A stretch of DNA of 22,011 nt, from contig JBBIJD010000026.1 in NCBI GenBank assembly GCA_037446135.1, positions 1 to 22,011 of the forward strand. The letters run 5' to 3'. Shown here piece by piece: positions 7,154-17,084 of the stretch (within the stretch, counting starts at the first letter, position 1; each line of letters opens with the position of its first letter). This stretch comes from Candidatus Fraserbacteria bacterium. Lineage in GTDB: Bacteria; Bipolaricaulota; Bipolaricaulia; RBG-16-55-9; JANLFV01. The translations under genes were made by a program, and so were the position numbers. Below the pieces are notes generated by a model. The model was given only the letters and a program-made list of their open reading frames with translations, searched no databases and was not told the origin of the DNA.

Positions 7154-7828
7154 CTAGATGATGATGTTCGCATCGAGTGCGACGGGGAAGGGCTCAGCCA
7201 GGGATTCGAGGCTCTTCTTGTCGAGGATCGTCACCTTCCGCTCATCGACGGCGATGAAGCCCCGCTCCTCCAGCTCTCCCAGGGTCCGGATCGCCGTCTT
7301 GGAAGAGACCCCGGCGATCTCCGCCAGTTCGGTCCGCGAGAGCTCGACCCCGCTCTCACCGACGGCCAGGATCAGCCGGGCCAAGCGCTCCTTGCTCCCG
7401 TTGTAACTCCGCTCGGCCAGCTTGCACTGGAGGGCCTTAAGCTCGGTCGCGAGGTGCTCGAAGAGCCGGAAGATCACCGGGGTATGGCGGACGAGGAAGT
7501 CGAAGAAGTCCCCCCGCTCGATGAACCCGACCTCCGAGTCCTCGAGGGTCTTGGCATAGGCGATGTGGACGCCCTTATCGAAGAGGGTTGTCTTCCCGAT
7601 GATCCCCCCAGGGCCGACGATCTTGAGGATCTGCTTCTTCCCTCCCAAGGTCCGCTTCACTAGCTTCACTCGCCCGGAGAAGATGAGGTAGAAGCCGAAG
7701 GCCGGGGCCCCTTCCTGGAAGATGATCTCCTCGGCCCGGTATTTGATCCGCTTGATCAGCCCCGCGAGTTCCTCCAGCTCGCGGGGGTTGAGGTCACTGA
7801 AGATGCGGAAATCCTTTAATGTGGCCAT
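7154..7828 (-). CDS. Crp/Fnr-family transcriptional regulator
   Basis: cNMP-binding fold (IIFQEG...FYLIFSGRVKL...GPGGIIG), ERLARLIL, and HTH LSRTELAEIAGVSSKTAIRTLGELEERGFI. Confidence 0.93.
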   Translation of the reverse strand: MATLKDFRIFSDLNPRELEELAGLIKRIKYRAEEIIFQEGAPAFGFYLIFSGRVKLVKRTLGGKKQILKIVGPGGIIGKTTLFDKGVHIAYAKTLEDSEVGFIERGDFFDFLVRHTPVIFRLFEHLATELKALQCKLAERSYNGSKERLARLILAVGESGVELSRTELAEIAGVSSKTAIRTLGELEERGFIAVDERKVTILDKKSLESLAEPFPVALDANIII

Positions 7829-7848
7829 CTCCCACCCCCTACCAAGCT

Positions 7849-7877
7849 AATTTAAATCCAAAATAACATCCCGTCAA
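7849..7877 (-). promoter_or_regulatory. Sigma70-type promoter for the Crp/Fnr gene
   Basis: TTGACG-17 nt-TAAATT on the minus strand. Confidence 0.65.
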
Positions 7878-7955
7878 GTCCACAGACCGTCCCGCCGGTC
7901 GCTTTCCAAGTTTAGCAGATCTTTGGGCGAATGGCAAGACAGCCGTCACCCCTCC

Positions 7956-7984
7956 TTGCCGCCCTTGACCGGAGCGCTTATAGT
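7956..7984 (+). promoter_or_regulatory. Sigma70-type promoter for glnA operon
   Basis: TTGCCG-17 nt-TATAGT, with SD GGAGGTGA before the start. Confidence 0.6.
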
Positions 7985-8022
7985 AGTGGAGTAATTCGAC
8001 CACAAATTGCAAGGGAGGTGAG

Positions 8023-9357
8023 ATGATGAAGGGGGCCGAGGGCTTGCTCGCGGAGGTCCGCAAGCAGGGGGTGAGCTCCATTCGGCTCCAGTTCACCGAT
8101 ATCCTGGGGATCCCCAAGAATGTCGAGATCCCCAGCACTCGCCTGGAGGAGGTCCTCGAGGGGGGGATCTCCTTCGACGGCTCCTCGATCGAGGGGTTCG
8201 TGCGGATCTCGGAGTCGGATATGTATCTTAGGCCCGATCCGGAGAGCTTCGCCCTCTATCCCTGGAGCAAGGAGGAGAAGCGGACGGCCCGGCTGATCTG
8301 CGATGTCTACACCCCCGCGGGCGAGCCGTTCAAGGGCGATCCGCGTTACTGCCTGAAGCGGGCGGTCGCGGCGGCGGAGGAGGCGGGCTATCGGATGTGC
8401 GTCGGGCCGGAGCCGGAGTTCTTCCTCCTCTACTTAGATGAGCAGGGGCGGCCGACCCTGACCCTCCAGGACCAAGGGAGTTACTTCGACCTCCTCCCGA
8501 TCGACCGTGGCGAGGAGACTAGGGAGGAGATCGTCCATGCCCTCACGGCCATGGGCTTCGAGGTCGAGGCCGCCCACCATGAGTGCGCGCCGGCCCAGCA
8601 TGAGATCGACTTCCGTTATACCGATGTCCTCAGGACAGCCGATAACATCATCACCTTCAAGCAGGTGACGAAGACGATTGCGCTCGCGCATGGACTTTAT
8701 GCCACCTTCATGCCCAAGCCGATCGTCGGGGTCAACGGGAGCGGGATGCACAGCCATATCTCCCTCTTCCAGGGGGAGAAGAATGCCTTCTACGACCCTA
8801 CCGACCGTTACAACCTATCTGAGGTGGCTTACCACTTCCTCGGTGGGCTCATCGCCCATATCCGGGCGATCACGGCCCTGGCGAACCCCTTGGTCAACTC
8901 CTACAAGCGGCTCGTCCCGGGCTTCGAGGCCCCGGTCAACATCTGCTGGGCCAGGATCAATCGCTCGGCTCTGATCCGAGTCCCGGCCTCCCAGACCCCG
9001 GAGGTCTCCACCCGCCTCGAGCTCCGGAGCCCCGACCCCTCCGCCAACCCCTACCTCGCCTATGCGGCGATCCTCGCCAGCGGCTTAGATGGGATCAAGA
9101 GGGAGATCGAGCCACCTCCACCGGTGGAGGAGAATGTCTTCGAGTTGAGCCGGAAGGAGCGCCAAGAGCGGCAGATCGAGCCCCTCCCCAGGTCCCTCGA
9201 GGAGGCCCTTTCGGCCCTGAAGCAGGACGAAGTGGTCAAGCAGGCCCTGGGGGAGCACATCCTGGAGAAGTTCCTCGAAGCGAAGGAACGAGAGCTAGCT
9301 GAATACCATAGCGCAGTGAGTCAGTGGGAGATCGAGCGCTATCTCCAATACTATTAG
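8023..9357 (+). CDS. glnA: Glutamine synthetase type I (GSI-alpha size)
   Basis: LQFTDILG, FDGSSIEGF, ESDM, GPEPEFFL, HHE..PAQHEID, FMPKP, NGSGMH, NSYKRLVPGFEAP, NRSALIRVP and RLELRSPDPSANPY; 444 aa. Confidence 0.97.
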   Translation: MMKGAEGLLAEVRKQGVSSIRLQFTDILGIPKNVEIPSTRLEEVLEGGISFDGSSIEGFVRISESDMYLRPDPESFALYPWSKEEKRTARLICDVYTPAGEPFKGDPRYCLKRAVAAAEEAGYRMCVGPEPEFFLLYLDEQGRPTLTLQDQGSYFDLLPIDRGEETREEIVHALTAMGFEVEAAHHECAPAQHEIDFRYTDVLRTADNIITFKQVTKTIALAHGLYATFMPKPIVGVNGSGMHSHISLFQGEKNAFYDPTDRYNLSEVAYHFLGGLIAHIRAITALANPLVNSYKRLVPGFEAPVNICWARINRSALIRVPASQTPEVSTRLELRSPDPSANPYLAYAAILASGLDGIKREIEPPPPVEENVFELSRKERQERQIEPLPRSLEEALSALKQDEVVKQALGEHILEKFLEAKERELAEYHSAVSQWEIERYLQYY

Positions 9358-9370
9358 GTAGGAGGATGGC

Positions 9371-11107
9371 ATGAGGCTACGGATCGGCCTGGCCCAGATC
9401 AATCCCATGGTCGGCGACCTTGAGGGGAATGCCCGGAAGATCCAGGACTATATCGCGCGGGCCGGGGAGGAGGGGGTCGAGCTCCTGGCCTTCCCCGAGC
9501 TGGCCCTCACCGGCTACCCGCCAGAGGACCTGCTGTTGAAGCCGAGCTTCATCTCCGCCAACTTGGAAGCGCTCGCGCAATTGGTCAAGGAGATCAGGGG
9601 GATCACCGTGGTCCTCGGGTTCGTCGACCGGGACCAGGATATCTACAACGCTGCTGCCGTGATCCATGAGGGGCGAGTCGCGGGGGTCCACCGGAAGGTC
9701 TTCCTCCCCAACTACGCCGTCTTCGATGAGGACCGCTACTTCGCCCCTGGGAGGGAGACCAGTGTCTTCCGCGATGGCCCACTCGCCTTCGGGGTCACTA
9801 TATGCGAGGACATCTGGTATCCCGACGGCCCGGCCAAGCTCCAGACCCTCAGTGGGGGCGCTCAATTGGCCCTCAACATCGCTGCCTCACCTTATTACCT
9901 TGGGAGGGGAGCGGAGCGGGAGAGGATGCTCTCGGCCCGGGCCGCGGATCAGGTGGCGATCGTCGCCTTCTGCAACCTCGTCGGGGGCCAGGATGAGCTG
10001 GTCTTCGATGGGCGGAGCTTGATCTTCGATGAGCAGGGCCAGTTGCTGGCGAGGGGGAAACAGTTCGAGGAGGACCTCTTGATCGCGGACCTCGACTTGG
10101 AGAGGGTCTTCAACCGGCGGCTCCACGACCCTCGTCGGAGGAAGGAGCGGCTCGGCTATAGCCTTGAGGGGGTCGACCTCCGACTGGTGGAGCTGGACCT
10201 CCAGCGGCCTCGCTCTCGGGAGCGACGGCCACTCATCCCACAGATCGAATCAGAGTTGGTCTCGGAAGAGGAGGCCTATCGGGCCCTCATGCTGGGGACG
10301 CGGGACTATGCAAGGAAGAACGGGTTCACGAAGGCCGTCCTCGGCCTCTCCGGGGGGATCGACTCGGCCCTGGTGGCCGCGATCGCCGCCGACGCCCTCG
10401 GCAAGGAGAATGTGGTCGGGGTCTTCATGCCCTCGTCTTTCACCTCTCGAGCGAGCCGGGAGGACGCTGAGGCGGTGGCCGCGAACCTGGGGATCAAGCT
10501 CCTCTCGATCGGGATCGACGAGACCTATCAGGCCTACCTGGAAATGCTGGCTGAGCCGTTCTCCGGGACGAAGCCCGGGGTGGCGGAGGAGAACCTCCAG
10601 GCCCGGATCAGGGGGAATATTTTGATGGCCCTCTCCAACAAGTTCGGCTGGCTCGTCCTGAACACGGGGAATAAGAGTGAGCTCTCTCTGGGGTATACGA
10701 CGCTCTACGGGGACATGGCTGGTGGGTTCGCCGTCCTCAAGGATGTCCCAAAGACGCTGGTCTACCGGCTCGCGCGCTATCGGAACACCATCTCGCCAGT
10801 GATCCCCGCCCGGGTCTTGGAGAAGCCCCCCTCAGCCGAGCTCCGCCCAAATCAGAAAGATGAGGCCGACCTCCCGGCCCCATATGCGGTCCTCGATCAG
10901 ATCTTGAAGGCCTATGTCGAGGAGGACCGTGGCTTGCGGGAGATCATCGAACTGGGCTTCCCGGAGGAGACTGTGCGGAGAGTAATCGAGCTGGTGGACA
11001 AGAATGAATATAAGAGGCGGCAGAGCCCGCCGGGGATCAGGATCACCCCTCGGGCCTTCGGGAAGGATCGCCGGCTCCCGATCACCAACCGCTTCACCCC
11101 GAGATGA
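9371..11107 (+). CDS. nadE: Glutamine-dependent NAD+ synthetase
   Basis: N-terminal nitrilase-fold glutaminase (FPELALTGYPPEDL, ICEDIW) plus synthetase domain (GLSGGIDS, ENLQARIRG, TGNKSE, GYTTLYGD, PPSAELRPNQKD, NEYKRRQSPPG). Confidence 0.97.
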   Translation: MRLRIGLAQINPMVGDLEGNARKIQDYIARAGEEGVELLAFPELALTGYPPEDLLLKPSFISANLEALAQLVKEIRGITVVLGFVDRDQDIYNAAAVIHEGRVAGVHRKVFLPNYAVFDEDRYFAPGRETSVFRDGPLAFGVTICEDIWYPDGPAKLQTLSGGAQLALNIAASPYYLGRGAERERMLSARAADQVAIVAFCNLVGGQDELVFDGRSLIFDEQGQLLARGKQFEEDLLIADLDLERVFNRRLHDPRRRKERLGYSLEGVDLRLVELDLQRPRSRERRPLIPQIESELVSEEEAYRALMLGTRDYARKNGFTKAVLGLSGGIDSALVAAIAADALGKENVVGVFMPSSFTSRASREDAEAVAANLGIKLLSIGIDETYQAYLEMLAEPFSGTKPGVAEENLQARIRGNILMALSNKFGWLVLNTGNKSELSLGYTTLYGDMAGGFAVLKDVPKTLVYRLARYRNTISPVIPARVLEKPPSAELRPNQKDEADLPAPYAVLDQILKAYVEEDRGLREIIELGFPEETVRRVIELVDKNEYKRRQSPPGIRITPRAFGKDRRLPITNRFTPR

Positions 11108-11889
11108 TCGAGGTCGCCCTCATCCAGCTCGATACTTCGCGGGAGGCCCGGCTGGCTCGGGCAATTGAGGCGCTCGACCGATGCAAGGGGGCCGGGCTGG
11201 TCCTGCTCCCGGAGTTATGGAATGTCGATTATCTGGGGTTCGAGCGCTACCGAGCTGGGAGCGAGCCGCTCCTCGGGTCGACGCTCACCGCGCTCGCGGC
11301 CAAGGCGAAGGAGCTGGGAGCTTACATCCTAGCCGGGAGCATCATCGAGGAAGATAAAGGGAAGCTCTGCAATACGAGCGTCCTCCTCGGCCCTCAAGGG
11401 GAGAGGATCGCCGCTTACCGGAAGATCCACCTCTTCGGCTACCGCTCGAAGGAGAAGGATCTCCTGACCCCCGGGGACCGGGTCGTGGTAGCCCAGACGG
11501 GGCTGGGGGCCCTCGGCCTCTCGATCTGCTATGACCTCCGGTTCCCTGAGCTCTACCGCGCCCAGCTCGATCAAGGAGCTATAGCTTTCCTCATCCCCGC
11601 CGCCTGGCCTTTGGCCAGGATCGAGCACTGGCAGCTCTTGGCCCGGGCTCGGGCCTTGGAGAATCAATGCTTCCTCTTGGGCTGCAATGCCGCCGGCCCG
11701 AGATACGGCGGCCAGAGCCTCGTCGTCTCACCCAAAGGGGAGGTCTTAGGGGAGGCCGGTGAGTCCGAGGAGATCTTGAAGGTCCAACTCGACTTTAAGG
11801 AGGTCGAAAGGGTTCGGGCCGAGCTGCCTTTCTTGGAAGATCGAGCCCCAGTCAGACTAGCCCAGGCTAGGAGCCCTTGGCGAGCTTAA
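11104..11889 (+). CDS. Carbon-nitrogen hydrolase (nitrilase superfamily, omega-amidase-like)
   Basis: E-K-C triad in LPELW, YRKIHLF and [20 protein letters not shown] overlap with nadE. Confidence 0.92.
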   Translation: MIEVALIQLDTSREARLARAIEALDRCKGAGLVLLPELWNVDYLGFERYRAGSEPLLGSTLTALAAKAKELGAYILAGSIIEEDKGKLCNTSVLLGPQGERIAAYRKIHLFGYRSKEKDLLTPGDRVVVAQTGLGALGLSICYDLRFPELYRAQLDQGAIAFLIPAAWPLARIEHWQLLARARALENQCFLLGCNAAGPRYGGQSLVVSPKGEVLGEAGESEEILKVQLDFKEVERVRAELPFLEDRAPVRLAQARSPWRA

Positions 11890-12214
11890 CCAGCTCGGCG
11901 AAGGCCGCCCCATCCCGGACGGCAACCTCGGCGAGCATTTTCCGGTTCAGTTGGATACCTGCCTCCTTTAGGCCATGTATGAACTTGGAATAGGAGAGGC
12001 CATGCTGGCGGGCCGCGGCGTTGATCCTGATCTCCCAGAGCCGACGGAAGTCTCGCTTCTTGAGCCGCCGACCGATGTAGGCATTCCGCAGGGCCTTCAT
12101 TACCGCCTGTTTCGCGATCTTGTGGGAGCTATGGCGCATCCCGCGGAAGCCCTTTGCGAGCTTGAGGAACTTCCGCCGCCGCTGCATGTGCCGGATGCCA
12201 CCCTTGATGCGCAT
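11867..12214 (-). CDS. rplT: 50S ribosomal protein L20
   Basis: [41 protein letters not shown] and LNRKMLAE. Confidence 0.98.
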   Translation of the reverse strand: MRIKGGIRHMQRRRKFLKLAKGFRGMRHSSHKIAKQAVMKALRNAYIGRRLKKRDFRRLWEIRINAAARQHGLSYSKFIHGLKEAGIQLNRKMLAEVAVRDGAAFAELVKLAKGS

Positions 12215-12231
12215 CTCTCCTCCTCCTTAGT

Positions 12232-12423
12232 CTAGGCGGCCAGGAGCCGCTTGAGCTTCTTCCGGTCCCCGCTGAGGATCTCTAAGCCCCGCCGGGCCTG
12301 GCGCTTCCGGCTCGCCCGCTTCTTCACCCGCTTATGCTGGTAGCCCACCCGCGCGGCGAAGAGCCGCCCGTGGGCCGTCACCTTGATCCGCTTAGCCACA
12401 CCTCTATGGCTCTTCTCCTTCAT
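12232..12423 (-). CDS. rpmI: 50S ribosomal protein L35
   Basis: MKEKSHRGVAKRIKVTAHG...; 63 aa, basic, between infC and rplT. True start is ATG 12423. Confidence 0.93.
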   Translation of the reverse strand: MKEKSHRGVAKRIKVTAHGRLFAARVGYQHKRVKKRASRKRQARRGLEILSGDRKKLKRLLAA

Positions 12424-12940
12424 CTCTCTTCCCTTTCCCGCCCTGGGGCACGAGGAGCATCTGGAGCGCCCGCCCCTTCTCCGTCGGGGGCTGGTCGACC
12501 TTGGAGGCATCGCTCAAGATCGCGCTGATCCGCTCCAGCAACTCCCGGCCACGATCCATATGCACGATCTCCCGCCCCCGGAAGAAGACCGTGATCCGGA
12601 CCTTACAGCCATCCTCGAGGAACTTCCTGATCTGGCGGAGCTTCGTCTCCAGATCATGATCATCGATCCGCATACTCAAGCGGATCTCCTTCAGTTGGCG
12701 TGGTCGTTGCTTCTTCTTCTCCCGTTTCTCTCGGGCGTAGAGATACTTCCCGAAGTCGATGATCTTACAGACCACCGGGTTAGCCTGCGGCGCTACCTCT
12801 ACTAGGTCCAGCCCCTTCTCCCTAGCCCGGCGGAGGGCCTCCTCGATGGGAAGGACCCCCACTTGGTTCCCCTGCTCGTCGATCAGTCGGACCTCTCTGA
12901 CCTTGATCTCTTCGTTCTTGCGAACCCTCTGGTTTGCGAT
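12404..12940 (-). CDS. infC: Translation initiation factor IF-3 (non-canonical AUC start)
   Basis: Frame extends upstream of the track's GTG through NEEIKVREVRLIDEQG to ATC 12940, which follows SD GGAGGT. An in-frame TAG lies two codons upstream. Contains LDLVEVAP..NPVVCKIIDFGKY and FRGRE. Confidence 0.95.
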   Translation of the reverse strand: MANQRVRKNEEIKVREVRLIDEQGNQVGVLPIEEALRRAREKGLDLVEVAPQANPVVCKIIDFGKYLYAREKREKKKQRPRQLKEIRLSMRIDDHDLETKLRQIRKFLEDGCKVRITVFFRGREIVHMDRGRELLERISAILSDASKVDQPPTEKGRALQMLLVPQGGKGKRDEGEEP

Positions 12941-12943
12941 CTC

Positions 12944-14284
<1,341 letters not shown>

Positions 14285-14325
14285 TTATAGAGAGGGGCTT
14301 AGGGCGATGATCATTGGGAGGCAGG

Positions 14326-14568
14326 CTACCTCTGGGATGAGACACTGACTGTTCGCCCGCGGAATCGGACGAAGCCCCCGGTGAGGGCAAAAAGGGTGTA
14401 ATCCCTCCCCAGGCCTACCCCCGGCCCGGGATGGAAGGTCGCACCTCGCTGCCGGACGAGGATCTGGCCGGGCTTGACCAGCTCTCCGCCGAACTCCTTC
14501 ACGCCCAGGCACTTCCCGGGGGAATCGCGCCCGTTCCGTGAGCTCCCGCTGCTCGACTTATGTGCCAT
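14326..14568 (-). CDS. rpmA: 50S ribosomal protein L27 (short form)
   Basis: MAHK...[30 protein letters not shown]. Confidence 0.98.
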   Translation of the reverse strand: MAHKSSSGSSRNGRDSPGKCLGVKEFGGELVKPGQILVRQRGATFHPGPGVGLGRDYTLFALTGGFVRFRGRTVSVSSQR

Positions 14569-14579
14569 CTCTGTCAGAC

Positions 14580-14909
14580 TCAGACCTTAACTCCACTCCC
14601 GACCTCGCGGACCTCGAGCGCCTCGGGATAGTCCCGTTCGAGGGCCCTCAACCCCAGGACCATCGTCTCCAGGATCGCATCGATCTCCCGGTTCAGGAAG
14701 GTCTCCCGCTCCAGCTTGCACTGGAGCTGTCCCTCCTCCTCCTTCACCTCGGGGTCGAGCTTCAAGTAGTCCTCCAGGCCGATGATCGCCGTCTGGAGGA
14801 GCGCCGCGACGCTCACCTGGAGGGGGTGCTGGGCCGAGAAGGCCTCCCCTTGGCTGCGGAACTCGCAGATCTTCCCTAAGCTATCGCGGTAGACCTCGAC
14901 CTCGATCAT
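14580..14909 (-). CDS. prp: Prp/YsxB (DUF464) family homologue, catalytic residues substituted
   Basis: 109 aa between rplU and rpmA. Has the family pattern MI.V...R...G.I..F...G.A...A++GL...LETM.LGL..L...YP. Confidence 0.8.
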   Translation of the reverse strand: MIEVEVYRDSLGKICEFRSQGEAFSAQHPLQVSVAALLQTAIIGLEDYLKLDPEVKEEEGQLQCKLERETFLNREIDAILETMVLGLRALERDYPEALEVREVGSGVKV

Positions 14910-15217
14910 CCCTGGATCGCCTCGATCCTCGCCTTTGTGTAGCGCTGGCGGTGGCCGAGTCGCCTCCGGTAGCGGGTCTTCGACTTATAAGTGAAGATTC
15001 GCACCTTCTCTCCCTTTACCTCCTCGAGGACCCTCCCGACCACCTTTGCCCCGGAGAGGTAGGGCCGGCCGATCTTGATCCCCCCATCACCGCCGATCAA
15101 GAGCACCTTGGTGAAGTCAACGGTCGCACCGGGCTCGGCGGGGAGCCGCTCGAGGAGCAGTTCTTCACCCTCTTCCACGAGGTATTGCCTCCCTGCCGTT
15201 TCAATTACCGCATACAT
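14906..15217 (-). CDS. rplU: 50S ribosomal protein L21
   Basis: MYAVIETAGRQY.V.EG, IGRPYL.GA.V, KGEKV, YRRRLGHRQ.YT. SD GAGGAGG precedes ATG 15217; alternative in-frame ATG at 15235. Confidence 0.98.
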   Translation of the reverse strand: MYAVIETAGRQYLVEEGEELLLERLPAEPGATVDFTKVLLIGGDGGIKIGRPYLSGAKVVGRVLEEVKGEKVRIFTYKSKTRYRRRLGHRQRYTKARIEAIQG

Positions 15218-15241
15218 TCCGTCCTCCTCGGCCATGCTCGA

Positions 15242-15270
15242 ATTTTACCACAGGGCTTCCCCTCCTGCAA
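15242..15270 (-). promoter_or_regulatory. Sigma70 promoter for rplU-prp-rpmA-obgE
   Basis: TTGCAG-17 nt-TAAAAT with extended -10 (TGTGG). Confidence 0.75.
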
Positions 15271-15310
15271 GGGGGCCGCCCATCGGGGGCGAGCCGCTCT
15301 GGCTTAAAAA

Positions 15311-16942
15311 TCATCGCGGCCTCCGCGTTAACTCCTCATACCGCGCCTTGACCTCCTCGACCTTAATCTTCTGCAAGAGCGGTGCAGCCTGGCCGAGGCG
15401 GAAGGGCTCGACCTTGAGGGCGTCAGCGAGGGAGGGGCGGTCCAGGTTGAGGAGCCGATAGGCCCGCTTCGAGAAGGAGGGGACGAACGGCTCGAGCAAG
15501 ATCGCTAAGGCCTTGGCGAGCTGGAGGCCGCTGGCGAGGGCCTCCTCCTTTCCTCCTTCCCAAGGCCGCTCCTCCTGGAAGTAATGGTTCCCGAAGAGAG
15601 CCAGCTCGGCGATCCGCCGGAGGGCCGGGGCGAGCGAGCCGGACTCGATCTCCCGCTCCACTTGCTCTTTGGTCCTCCTGATCTCGGAGAGGACCCTCTC
15701 CTCCGGTCGGGCCGTGACCTCGCTCCCGGCAAGCCGGTTCCCCAGGGCGATGACCCGGTTGACGAGGTTGCTGATATTGTCGATGAAGATCCCGTTGATC
15801 GCCTTCTCCAGCTCCTCCCAGGAGAAGTCGACATCCTTCTTCTCCGGACGGGCATAGAGCAGGTAAAACCGCCAGTAGACCCCGGGGAGGAGCACGAGGG
15901 CATCGTCGCCGTAGATCCCGACCCCACGGGTCTTGGAGAACTGGGCCCCCCCGATCCAATTCAAGTATTCCGTGGCTGAGATCTGGTCAGGAAGGTGATA
16001 CCCCTCCTGGGAGGCGAGGAGTTGGGCGGGGAAGAAGATGGTGTGGAAGGGGATGTTGTCCTTGCCGTGCGTGTAAATGTGTTGCACCTCGTCCGTGAGC
16101 CAGAAGCTCTTCCACCCCTCGGGATCGCCCTGCTCCTCGAAGCATTGGACAGTGGCCGAGACATACCCCAGGGCAGCCTCGGCCCAGACATAGAGGACCT
16201 TCCCCTCTGCACCGGCGAACGGGGCGGGGATCCCCCACTCCAGATCGCGCGTCACTGCCCGGGGTTTCAGCCCCCCCGTCAGGAGGTTCTCTGTGAACTT
16301 CCGCACATTGTCACTGAAGGAGCGGGCGGCGATGAACTCCTTGAGGGCCGGTTCGAGCTTCGGGAGGTCGAGATACCAGTTGCGCGTCTTCTTGAAGATG
16401 ATCTGGCTCGCGCCGCAGATCCGGCACTTAGGCTCAAGGAGCTCCTCCGGCTCAAGGAGCGCCCCGCAGTCGTCGCATTGGTTCCCATAGGCATTCGGGG
16501 AGCCACAGCGCGGGCAGCGCCCCTGGATGAACCGATCGGCTAGGAATTTCTGGCAGTTCTCACAGAAGGCCCGCTCCTCCTCTTGGGAGAAGATATAGCC
16601 GTTCGCCTCCATCTTGCGGTAGATCTCGCGGACGAACCGGTAATGGGTGGGGCTCTCCGTGGTTGTATAGAACATCTCGATCTCGAAGCCCTTGAGGATC
16701 TCGAGGATCTGCTCATGGACTTTGGAAGAGAGCTCCTTCGGGCTGATCCCTCGCTTGAAGGCCTCATACTCGATGTGGGTCCCATGTGTGTCGGAGCCGC
16801 TTACATGGAGGGCCTCGTGCCCCTTCAGCCGGTAATAGCGGAGGAAGACATCCCCGGAGAGGAGTGAGCCGATGAGGTTCCCCAAGTGGGGGACTCCGGA
16901 GGCGTAGGGCCAGGCGCTGCAGATGAGGATCTTCTCCATCAT
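15311..16942 (-). CDS. metG: Methionine--tRNA ligase (short form without C-terminal tRNA-binding domain)
   Basis: SAWPYASG..HLGN (HIGH), GSDTHGT, four CxxC zinc-knuckle pairs, TRDLEWGIP, YVWAEA, GKDNIPFH and FSKT (KMSKS equivalent). Confidence 0.97.
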   Translation of the reverse strand: MMEKILICSAWPYASGVPHLGNLIGSLLSGDVFLRYYRLKGHEALHVSGSDTHGTHIEYEAFKRGISPKELSSKVHEQILEILKGFEIEMFYTTTESPTHYRFVREIYRKMEANGYIFSQEEERAFCENCQKFLADRFIQGRCPRCGSPNAYGNQCDDCGALLEPEELLEPKCRICGASQIIFKKTRNWYLDLPKLEPALKEFIAARSFSDNVRKFTENLLTGGLKPRAVTRDLEWGIPAPFAGAEGKVLYVWAEAALGYVSATVQCFEEQGDPEGWKSFWLTDEVQHIYTHGKDNIPFHTIFFPAQLLASQEGYHLPDQISATEYLNWIGGAQFSKTRGVGIYGDDALVLLPGVYWRFYLLYARPEKKDVDFSWEELEKAINGIFIDNISNLVNRVIALGNRLAGSEVTARPEERVLSEIRRTKEQVEREIESGSLAPALRRIAELALFGNHYFQEERPWEGGKEEALASGLQLAKALAILLEPFVPSFSKRAYRLLNLDRPSLADALKVEPFRLGQAAPLLQKIKVEEVKARYEELTRRPR

Positions 16943-16948
16943 CGGGGG

Positions 16949-16977
16949 AATATAGCAGATTGCGCCGGGCCGGGCAA
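16949..16977 (-). promoter_or_regulatory. Sigma70 promoter immediately upstream of metG (leaderless geometry)
   Basis: TTGCCC-17 nt-TATATT with extended TG; 6 nt to ATG 16942; no SD. Confidence 0.7.
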
Positions 16978-17084
16978 ACATCCCCCGCGGGGGTAACGGA
17001 GGTCCGCACTCGACCTGGCGGGGCTCCTTTCATGAGGTCAGCCCAGGGAGTAGATAGGGAGGAGACGGCGAGAGGAGGAGCGGG

